A stretch of 63,877 nt of DNA, the filler included, from Octopus bimaculoides (taxonomy: Eukaryota), in the NCBI RefSeq assembly GCF_001194135.2. It is 6 parts of 6 records of this genome, joined end to end, with 100 filler letters (N's around TTAATTAATTAA, not from the genome) between each part and the next. Parts side by side here need not be neighbours in the genome. Positions count along the whole stretch, not along the records: positions 41,078 to 55,626 come from NC_069008.1; positions 55,727 to 59,448 come from NW_026422201.1; 4 more parts are not named here. One strand, given 5' to 3'. Below are positions 50,481-59,548 of the stretch, piece after piece. The position numbers were made by a program, and so were the translations under genes. The stretch's first letter is position 1. Each line of letters begins with the position of its first letter. The notes beneath the pieces were generated by a model. It worked only from the letters and a program-made list of their open reading frames with translations, did no database searches and was not told the DNA's origin.

Positions 50481-50713
50481 CTCAGTTATTCTAATGTCTG
50501 TTCTTCCACGCTCTCCTGCATCAGATGAGATTCTTTGAGGTAGATTTACTCCGGCCTCTGGCCAGATACACTTCCTGTTTGTTGTTGTTACCCAAGGTCG
50601 ATCCTGATCGAGTAGACCTATGGTCTACTCGATCCATCTGTGACCATCCCCAGACCATACTATCTTTTATTCAGAGGATATATGTGTTTGAGAGAGAAAG
50701 TCCTGACCCAGGG

Positions 50714-50938
50714 TTAAATAACAATCACCATGACTGTGCCTATATATGTATACAACAACAGCAAATAGCTAAAGGTTTGTTTATTAAGCTTTGTTGTTTC
50801 TGAGCTGTGGTCCCTGGTTTTAAGCAGTTGCAAAGCTTTTTTCTGGTCCCTGTTCAGGGTCGTTATCTGTCTTCTTCGTTGCCAGTACAGGGAGATGTAT
50901 GACAAAGGAGTAGTTTCCTTCATAGTGGCAAATGTCAT
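50714..50938 (-). pseudogene. Frame-shifted remnant of the polycystin channel-entry region (basic helix + TM6/S1-like)
   Basis: Alternate frame TPLSYISLYWQRRRQ...KLNKQTFSYLLLLYTYIGTVMVIVI* overlaps the last ~40 codons of the main ORF and resembles the PKD1L YxP...RxxR...K...YLLFL..L..I segment. Confidence 0.5.
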
Positions 50939-53900
50939 GGATGCGCTCCATGAAGTCCTTGTCTTTGATGTCGACCATGGAGATATAGAAGACTTCTATA
51001 TTCAGTCTCATCCTCAAAAGCACGACGACTGCTGTCTTCAACAAGATCTCAAACGGTTGCTCCAGGAAGATTGACTGCACCAGGGAGGTGAAGAATGCCA
51101 CAGTCCAGTCGATACTCCTCTCGTAGCCATATGTGAGACCATACAGCATGATAAAGTAGGTAGAAATGAGACAGAAGGTCAAAGTTATCGTCCAGGATAT
51201 ATATACAAACCACCAAGGCAGAAGTCCATGTGGCGCCAAGGGGTTGCTGGACTTAGATTCCTTCTTTGTATCCAAATCCTCGTTATCGTCCTTGTCATGA
51301 TTCAGTGAAGCTGAAGAATGTTTTCCATCCTTCTTGTCTTTTTGACTGTCCTTTTCATAGTCATCAGAAGCATTTGTTTTTGGCAGCTGGGCAACATAGC
51401 CGTCGTTAGTATTTGCCGACTGCACCAAATAAACAGAATCCGTTTCCCGTTCCTTCTTTAGTTCTGCCGTGCTATCTTGCTGTTTGTCCTCTGCAGTTGT
51501 GCCTTTCTTCGGTTTCACTTTGGCATCGGCACCAGAGGCTCTTGAACTGCTACTTTCATCTCCAATAAGACTTTGTAGAATATTATAAACGTTTTGGCTG
51601 AGGCTTGGACGGACATGGACCGAAAACGAATAGCTGCCAGTCTTATTTTCTGTATTTGGCTTCCTCTCGTGGTCTTCGGCCATCATCTTTCTCTCTTCTC
51701 CCCCCTCCTCCTTAATCTTTGGTTTCAATTTCTCCTCTTTCTTGTGAACAATAAAGAAGTCATGGAATCTCGGTTTCACTTGTATAAATAGCTGAGTTAG
51801 GATCAGACCGATTGGGATAATCACCAGAGACGTCTGCAGACCGATTATAAGGGGTGTGACAGATACCTTCACAGAACCAACTGTCACCTGTTTCTTGGGG
51901 TCATCTGTAGGGACCCCATAAAACATGATGTTACCTAGCATGAGTGCCAGCAACAGAGCAAAGGTGCAGGTGAGCCGTTGTGCACGAGTGAAGGAACTCG
52001 GGGGTGTAAAAATGTAGCTAAACCATTGGTGAGTTCTTCGAAAACAATTTAAAACTTCCAATTGGAAAATTTTCCACTTAAGAGAGTTTTGCTGAATCGT
52101 ATCCAAGGGTTTTAGGAAGGCATGTGTCAAGAAAAGGCCCCTGTTTGGTGACATCCAGTCTGACAGTATAAAAAGCCACAAATCTTCTGTCTGTAAATCC
52201 TGTATCGTTACGTAATCAAGCTTCCAGTCTGGGCTTGAACCAGAATTGTCATGCCAGATTAAGATCTGTTCTATATCACCAATACCATTCTCAGTTGTAA
52301 GCAGAAACCAATTTGCATCACCCGACTGGAAGCACTGCTTGTGTGAGTCGCGGAGATATACTATGGAGCTGTGGCCCCTAGCCCCCATTAGGACTAGATA
52401 AACCCTTGCTGTGGTACCGGAACCGAGCCACCATTTTGTCTTGACGCAGACAAGGTAGATGTAACCAGTTAAGTTGTTGCTGAGTACAGTCAATGAAGTG
52501 GATTCCCTGTCTCGCCGGTCCAGGCGCTTCGTCAGATGGAGAAGTCCAATGTAGATGACCCATGCTAGGAGCACAACCAAGAACATTATTGGGTTTGTGA
52601 AGACCTCTGCAAACCGATATGCATCATCGATCGGATGCACAAAGTTGGGTGGAACAAAGAACCTGGCTGACAGCACGTTGCTCTGTTCACAGGTACATTC
52701 AACCACCTGGTTGAACTCAACAGAACTGTTACTCAGTTTACAGTTATTCTGACTCCATACATGGTTATTGTCATCCCAGTTGAGACACAACTTGCTCATA
52801 AATCCAAAACGCATTGGTATTTCCACGTGTTCTACAGATTCTTCGCGTCCCATATGACTTTCGTTGCCGTTTGTTTTGTTCATTCGAATCTTGACCGTTT
52901 CGTCAGTCATGGCGTAATACTTGAATGGTTTGACCATGACAAAATAGACTTTTTCCTCGACCGAACCGACAGGTACCAGCACTGTGTAGTTGACATAGTC
53001 CATTTGGGAAACCCTGCTTTCCGACAACCTCTGGAAATTTCCCAACACAAACTGCTTGTACGACAGCTTCTGTGTGAGATGCACAACCACATCAATCTGA
53101 AACGGTCCTTCATCCAGGTTAATAAATATGTAATGGTTACTGGATTGGGACACGTTTAATGTGATCATCGGGATGGAGAAATTCTGAGAATAACTTGGAT
53201 AAAGAAAGTTCCCTTCACGACGCAAATCAAATTTTAGAATGAATTTTTTCCATTGTAGGCCAACCGGAACCTTGGGGCCAGATGCACGGAAGTATTTTGG
53301 ATTAATATCAACATGATTAGGAGTGCTTTTGTAGGCCCTGACTGAGAGTACTGGATAATTTGGCTTTATTGATTCTGCGAGAGCATAAGGATTATCATAA
53401 ATTAAAAATGTGCTCAAAAACGCTGCTCTATCCTCAGATGTCCTGTTTTCAGGTTGGCATTTAAACTTGACAGAGATGTCTGTGTTACCAACATGCAGTG
53501 TGGAAGAGACAGGATAGTCGCAGACGCTATTTTGAAAAATAAGGGCCATTGTTACTTCCAGCACAGAAGTTGGTGACCGAATTTCTACAGGAATTGACGT
53601 TCGATGCCCAAACCAGACAGCTACACTGATGCGGTCGATGACAGAAAGAAAATTATCTACTGATTTAACAGATATTTGTATATTGTTTTTCTTCTCTTCA
53701 GCAGCCATTTTGAACCTTGGTTCAACTTCATAGCTGCTCAGCATGTGACTTATACCGGACACAAGGTATTGAGCATCACTGTCGAATGCCTTCATAGACA
53801 TTGCTGTAACCTGGTCCTGCAACTGAGCTGCAAAATTAGAATAAATTTCGCTGCAGATAAGTTTACTGGTGGAATTAAATTCTCGTTTATTCTTTGTGAT

Positions 53901-55160
53901 TTCATCCATCAATGTTGACAGGTCTGACATTTTCTGCGCCTTGTAAACCTGTAGCCTGTGGACAACCCGCAAAAGCTTATGGCGGAGAGCAATAAAGTTC
54001 TTAAGCCCTTCTTCTTTCTCATTTTCTGTATAAAAGGAATAGGCTTTGTGGAAATGCTGGCTGTGCTTGTTAACTTCACTGGTTAGAAGCAACAAAGAAT
54101 TTTTAGCTATCTTTGCATCCTCAATCAACATCACTCTATCAATCTCATCACTTAGTTCTCTGAATGAAATTGGTGGTTTCACTGTGTACCTGAATGTTGA
54201 CAGTATTTCCATACATGTCTTGCCATTGTTGACACTGTACACATACATATTCATGTCAACTTGATAGTTTGGTGTGGCTGGCAACGTGAAACTAGCATCA
54301 AACGATTCCCCAAGCTTTTCATCCTGTTTTATGTAAGACACCAAACTCTTACACGACAAACTGTAGAAAAAATTACCCTTTTGGCTGAAAAGAGAGAGGT
54401 CTTTACAAGAAAGCCTGTACAAGGTCGTCGTTTGGAAGCCTGACTGTGGCTTCATTTCACAGCGTTTGTCAAACAGGTAGGGGAGAATTTGTATCTGTAT
54501 GTTGTACCTGTACCGGTTCACATCATCTTTTTCCAATGGTTGAGCGCTGCCTAAATTCATGGTCACTTCAAGGGAAATTAAGTTTGGAAAGCCATCCTTA
54601 ACAAGCTGCGATGACAAGAACAGGTATTGTGTGTCTGTGCCTGTAGCAACGATGATGCTAGCACCTTTCATATTACGAGCATCAAAGCAATGTATTTTTT
54701 GTTTTAGGTCACGAAAATTACATTCAAAAAAATCATCAACGCCCAGGAATTCATATTGACCTGTCTTGCAGTTCAGTTGGTAACGAACGTTGCCTTTCTC
54801 ACCCCCTAAACTTAAGCAGTTCTTTGCACACTTTGCTGTGAGTTTTACAGACTCAGTTCCTGAAGCCACAATGGTTAAATACTTTGACTTTGGAAGGATG
54901 CAGTCTGTTCGGATGTAGTCACCCCCCATCAAATCAACGGATTTTGCTTCAAGCAAGCGGCTCATGAATTCTCCGTCCAGGCAACTCAATTCTATGTTCA
55001 TTGTGCTTTTCGAAGCTTTGCTTTGAACGGTATCGGAAACTTTGAAGTCGTCGTAAGGAATGAATTTTTGGGCAATGACACAGAGAATTATTCGTTGACC
55101 TAACAACAACAATAGCAAAATCATATTGGAAACAACAAGACAACATTTACAGATTTCCAT
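50820..55160 (-). CDS. Intronless polycystin-1-like (PKD1L/PKDREJ-like) membrane protein, 1446 aa: signal peptide, REJ-like segment, GAIN/GPS, TM1, PLAT, TM2-5; no channel domain
   Basis: Uninterrupted 4341-nt ORF. N-terminal hydrophobic stretch; RCEMKPQSGFQTTTLYRLSC (REJ-type C.v.P..G..l.T.F...C); CLNWD...WSQNNC...CTC...FFVPPN (GPS); YLVCVKTKWWLGSGTTARV...WHDNSGSSPDWKLDYV (PLAT); HQWFS...SSFTRAQRLTC; LLPWWFVYISW; EQPFEILL. Confidence 0.92.
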   Translation of the reverse strand: MEICKCCLVVSNMILLLLLLGQRIILCVIAQKFIPYDDFKVSDTVQSKASKSTMNIELSCLDGEFMSRLLEAKSVDLMGGDYIRTDCILPKSKYLTIVASGTESVKLTAKCAKNCLSLGGEKGNVRYQLNCKTGQYEFLGVDDFFECNFRDLKQKIHCFDARNMKGASIIVATGTDTQYLFLSSQLVKDGFPNLISLEVTMNLGSAQPLEKDDVNRYRYNIQIQILPYLFDKRCEMKPQSGFQTTTLYRLSCKDLSLFSQKGNFFYSLSCKSLVSYIKQDEKLGESFDASFTLPATPNYQVDMNMYVYSVNNGKTCMEILSTFRYTVKPPISFRELSDEIDRVMLIEDAKIAKNSLLLLTSEVNKHSQHFHKAYSFYTENEKEEGLKNFIALRHKLLRVVHRLQVYKAQKMSDLSTLMDEITKNKREFNSTSKLICSEIYSNFAAQLQDQVTAMSMKAFDSDAQYLVSGISHMLSSYEVEPRFKMAAEEKKNNIQISVKSVDNFLSVIDRISVAVWFGHRTSIPVEIRSPTSVLEVTMALIFQNSVCDYPVSSTLHVGNTDISVKFKCQPENRTSEDRAAFLSTFLIYDNPYALAESIKPNYPVLSVRAYKSTPNHVDINPKYFRASGPKVPVGLQWKKFILKFDLRREGNFLYPSYSQNFSIPMITLNVSQSSNHYIFINLDEGPFQIDVVVHLTQKLSYKQFVLGNFQRLSESRVSQMDYVNYTVLVPVGSVEEKVYFVMVKPFKYYAMTDETVKIRMNKTNGNESHMGREESVEHVEIPMRFGFMSKLCLNWDDNNHVWSQNNCKLSNSSVEFNQVVECTCEQSNVLSARFFVPPNFVHPIDDAYRFAEVFTNPIMFLVVLLAWVIYIGLLHLTKRLDRRDRESTSLTVLSNNLTGYIYLVCVKTKWWLGSGTTARVYLVLMGARGHSSIVYLRDSHKQCFQSGDANWFLLTTENGIGDIEQILIWHDNSGSSPDWKLDYVTIQDLQTEDLWLFILSDWMSPNRGLFLTHAFLKPLDTIQQNSLKWKIFQLEVLNCFRRTHQWFSYIFTPPSSFTRAQRLTCTFALLLALMLGNIMFYGVPTDDPKKQVTVGSVKVSVTPLIIGLQTSLVIIPIGLILTQLFIQVKPRFHDFFIVHKKEEKLKPKIKEEGGEERKMMAEDHERKPNTENKTGSYSFSVHVRPSLSQNVYNILQSLIGDESSSSRASGADAKVKPKKGTTAEDKQQDSTAELKKERETDSVYLVQSANTNDGYVAQLPKTNASDDYEKDSQKDKKDGKHSSASLNHDKDDNEDLDTKKESKSSNPLAPHGLLPWWFVYISWTITLTFCLISTYFIMLYGLTYGYERSIDWTVAFFTSLVQSIFLEQPFEILLKTAVVVLLRMRLNIEVFYISMVDIKDKDFMERIHDICHYEGNYSFVIHLPVLATKKTDNDPEQGPEKSFATA

Positions 55161-55582
55161 ATTGTTGAAAAATAATTTATAACAAGAAAATATCTCAACA
55201 ACATGATGATGATGATGATGGTGAGGATGAAATACAGCTGATACTGCAAGTGGAAAACATTTAAAAAAAAAACACTAAGAAGACAGGTGAACAACACCAA
55301 AAACAAATGTTACATATACAGATCAATGAAATAAAATTGTTTTTAAATAAAGAAAAAAAGAGGCAGAAGGATTAAATGCGACCAAAATGGTTATTTTTGT
55401 TGTGCCATGGCATGGAATGATCAAATTTGTCTTATGATGTCACAGCTAATTGTTGAGAATAAATCTGACAATATTTCGGTTGGCCTTTAAATTTGCTGTT
55501 GGAAAACACACAGTTTAATACAAGTATATAAAAATTATGTGTGTGTATATGCATATCTGTGTATGTACGTGTATATATGATG

Positions 55583-55626
<44 letters not shown>

Positions 55627-55726
55627 NNNNNNNNNNNNNNNNNNNNNNNNNNNNNNNNNNNNNNNNNNNNTTAATTAATTAANNNNNNNNNNNNNNNNNN
55701 NNNNNNNNNNNNNNNNNNNNNNNNNN
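55627..55726. other. Artificial contig/scaffold spacer
   Basis: 44 N + TTAATTAATTAA + 44 N. Confidence 0.9.
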
Positions 55727-55859
55727 GAAGAGATGGTTAGGAACTGAGACTTCTGGCAGTTTGTTGTGCTTGAGAAGATGCATTAAGCTAAAGAAAATCA
55801 TGATTCATGCATACAGGCATGTCCTCTACGTCCCTCTCTCAGCTGAGAGATCCTAGTCC

Positions 55860-56107
55860 TGTGAGCTTGTGGGTGCTGCTGGTGCCATGTAAAAGCATCC
55901 ATGGAGGTTTCACATAAAAGTGACTGTGCAGGTGCTACATAAAAGCGCCCATGCCAGTATCATGTAAAAATGGCATTGCTGGTGCCACATGAAAGCACTC
56001 ATGCTGGTATTATACAAAAGCATCCAGTACACTCAGTAAAGTGGTTAGCTTTAGGAAGGGCATCCAACCATAGAAGTCATGCCCAAATAGACAAATGGAG
56101 TCCCAGT
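55860..56107 (+). mobile_element. 5' part of a family C SINE split by the hAT insertion; continues at about 59168-59235
   Basis: Ends ...TAGGAAGGGCATCCAACCATAGAA...GGAGTCCCAGT. After the hAT element it resumes ...CTCCTGTCAAACCATCCAACCCAAGCCAGC..(AAT/GAT)n. Confidence 0.8.
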
Positions 56108-56115
56108 CACTCTCT

Positions 56116-59100
56116 CGGTGTTGCCAACTTAAAATCAAAATTTTATGCTAAATTTCAGTAGAAAAAATACAAAAAAAATGCTAAATACGACAAAAAAATG
56201 CTAGACTAATTATATCAAAAAGCTCAATTTTTATTTACATTTTTATTTACTTTCTTTAATTATATTCAGCATTGAAAAATAATTTCTTGAATTTCAGATT
56301 TGATCACTTTCAGCTAGTGCCTAGGTCTTGACTTCCGTATTCATTCAAGGTCCCAATCTTGTTAATTATGCGTTTTGGAATATCAATGTTTTTGCAACAT
56401 TTGCCCTATCTTTTCAGGCCATATTTTATAGACAGTATTGATCTAAGCATAGGAAGATGCATTTTGTTTTACAATTTTGATTTGATTACACCCATAGTAC
56501 TGAACGACCATTCAACTTCTGCATTTGAGTTTGGCAATGTCAATAGATTAATGGCAAAATCTGCAACATCTCTGAAAGGATTTCCTCCATTAGCATCTTT
56601 ATATTCCAAGACTTCCAGCCAGAATGCCTCAGTTAATGTATTTGTCCATTTAACTAAATGAATGCTATTGAAATGAATTTCAATTGAAGCACTTTTTTCT
56701 TCATTTAAATGCATTGCTTCTAAGACAGATAAAATTGGCTCTTTGAAATGCTGCAAAATATTCTCTACTGAAAGACATTTGATATTCCTCAGTATATTAA
56801 TATTTCCTGGCAAACGGTGCTTGAGTTCTTTATAAAGGCAGAGTAAAAATTGTTGTGCTCTTTTACGAATATTATTTTCTTCGTTGGCTGTTACAGTCTT
56901 CTTGATAATCACTTCTGCTATCTTTCTTTCGAACCTATAGCCTAAATTTGGTTTAAGATCCAGAAATTTTTCAACAGAAGCATCCGGATCGAGAGGATCA
57001 AATTCTACATGTTAGAAACACTATTATATTAGCAACAGATTTGATCAAATTTGAAAGATCTTCAAGTAATTTTGTTTTGTTGACAGTGTTTGATTCAAAC
57101 AGTTTATTCAATTCCTGAACATGTTTTAAAATTGGATGCAAAAATAAAAAGTAAAGTTCATTCCTAGAATCACAAAACATTTCATGTAACATTTGTGCTG
57201 TAAAGCATTTCTCTTTTGTAGTTGTAGTTTGGAAGTGAGTTTGCAATTCAAACCATTGGCTTAAAATTCTATTTACTGTTGGGTCTGACAGCCACCTAGT
57301 TGTACAAGAATTCACAATCTTCAAAGGCTCTTTATCAGTGATAGCAAGGTAAATTTGTTTATAGGCACTTTGTCTTGTTGAAGAATGAGAGAACCATTTA
57401 TAGGTTTCAGATACTAAAAATTCTAAATTTATGGGCAAGCATTCAGCACAAATGCGGTATACTGCCAACTGTAAAGAACGACATACACATCTAAATAGAA
57501 GGAATGATGGAACTTATTTTAATTTCTGGAAAACACCATTGTTGACTCCTATCATTACTGTAACATTGTCGGTTCCTATAGCCAGTCAATTTTTTATATC
57601 TAATTTCTTTTTCACTAATTCAATTTTTAAGGTATCTACAATGCTATCTGCATCACAGGTTTCTAAAGATACCATACTGAGATATGTATGTACCACTTTT
57701 TTTGTGAGTGTCACTATAATATATGATCACAATTCCTAACAACTTGTTTATCGATATATCATTGGATTCATCTAATAACAGGCTAAATTTTCTATCTCCC
57801 ATATCAGAAATCAAATCTCCATCAAAATATGGAGCTAGAACATTTCTCACAATATTTGCACATTTTGTACGATGAAACTTCACTTTGGATATAATATCAC
57901 TATCAGACATAATTCTTACATAACTCTACCAAGTGATCCCAGCAATTAAATGATGAGTGGCAACAAATAAACATTGCTGAATTTGCTTCAAGCATAGATG
58001 TCTTATCATTTTATCATTTTTGGTTATAATAAAATTGGTAAGAGGAATTATTTGCTGTGGAGTTGATGCCTTATGTTTCTTTGCTTCACAGTGGCTTACT
58101 AAAAGAGAATATTTTGCCAACATATTACATCTACAATATCTGCAATGTGCTTTAGATTGGTCACTAGGTACTTCACACAACCACTTAATAAATGCTGGCA
58201 TCTTAAGCCATTCCTTTTGGAACTTTTGCTGGTACAACTTTGTTTTTTCTTTGCTCATTATAATGTAGTGGGAAGCAAGAAAATAAATTGAGTGATTAAT
58301 AAAAATATAAAATTGAAAACACAACTTATCAGTTTGCCGCTAACAATTCTTTCATTCATCCTTAACAATTCTTATATTTGCTGCTTACAAATTCTTGAGG
58401 TGAAGAATACTGATTCTCAGGATGCAGGATGGCCAACTTATAAATCGAAAAGTAAAATCTGCAGAAATCCTAAAACTGTGTTCTGATATAAACCAGGGAA
58501 CATCATACTTTGCTTCCAATTTACATTTGATATCTATTGGTAAAACCACAAATATAACTACAATACTTGAAAAAAAAAAAAGTAAGTAGAAATATAAAGG
58601 GGGAGAACCCCCCCCCCCCCCCGGACTTCTATACAAGATATATAATCCAAAACAAGCATGAAAAAACACAGGGCTAGTTAAACAGTCAAACAGAGAGTAA
58701 ATCAGTCAACCTGTCATGATAAAAACTCATCACTACAGAATAAAGCATGGTTAGGATGAATTTCCATGCTTTCATTCTTTGCAACATATTTACATTGTTG
58801 TGCAGTGAGTTCAGGTGCTCACATGAGTTATCTTCTCCCCCTCCCTCCACCTGCACCACTCTGTATCCAAGTCGGTGGGGGTGGGGCTTGATAAACTTCC
58901 TTTTGATAAACTTCCATTTGAAGTTTCAAGAAAGAGAAAGAAAAATTCAACAATAGCCGACAGTACTAAAATTTGGCTATAAGATACATTAACGAAAGTA
59001 GAAAAGGAGGAAAAAGAAGAAAAAAAGGGTAACTATTGTGGAAATGTCTTGATCAGAGAAAACTGCTAAATAAAATTTTTAATCTGCTATTTACCCTGCA

Positions 59101-59159
59101 AAATACTGGGGAAAAAAAATGCTAGATCAAGCATAAAATATGTTAAATTAGCAACTCTG
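56116..59159 (-). mobile_element. Full-length but decayed hAT-superfamily DNA transposon (3044 bp)
   Basis: Imperfect TIRs CGGTGTTGCCAACTTA / CAGAGTTGCTAATTTA (12/16); perfect 8-bp TSD CACTCTCT at 56108-56115 and 59160-59167; transposase fragments on the minus strand. Confidence 0.92.
56330..58258 (-). pseudogene. hAT transposase pseudogene (zinc finger + DDE + dimerisation domain), split by frameshifts
   Basis: CRYC..H..H finger; RTKC..IV; FSLLLDESNDIS; GTDNVTVM; CVCRSL (CxxH with H->R); TTRWLS; LTLPNSNAEVEWSFS (ER->EW). Confidence 0.9.
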
Positions 59160-59218
59160 CACTCTCTACATAACCATCTCCTGTCAAACCATCCAACCCA
59201 AGCCAGCCTAGAGAATGG

Positions 59219-59254
<36 letters not shown>

Positions 59255-59448
59255 TGATGATGAGGAGGAGGAGGAAGAAGAAGAGGAGGAGAAGAAGAAG
59301 GTCATTATTCAGTTTTTTTCTCAATATTTCTTACCAATAGAGAAAGAGCTAGTTTCTAACCTAGATCCAAGGCTTCTTCATTGGAATTTCAATAACATCA
59401 ACAGGGTATTCTTGTATGTATGTATGTATGTATGTATGTATGTATGTA

Positions 59449-59548
59449 NNNNNNNNNNNNNNNNNNNNNNNNNNNNNNNNNNNNNNNNNNNNTTAATTAA
59501 TTAANNNNNNNNNNNNNNNNNNNNNNNNNNNNNNNNNNNNNNNNNNNN
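59449..59548. other. Artificial contig/scaffold spacer
   Basis: 44 N + TTAATTAATTAA + 44 N. Confidence 0.9.

Noticed and set aside
51594-54759. Short ORFs overlapping the polycystin-like ORF on the opposite strand or in other frames
   Set aside because: Shadows of the long coding sequence with no independent motifs.
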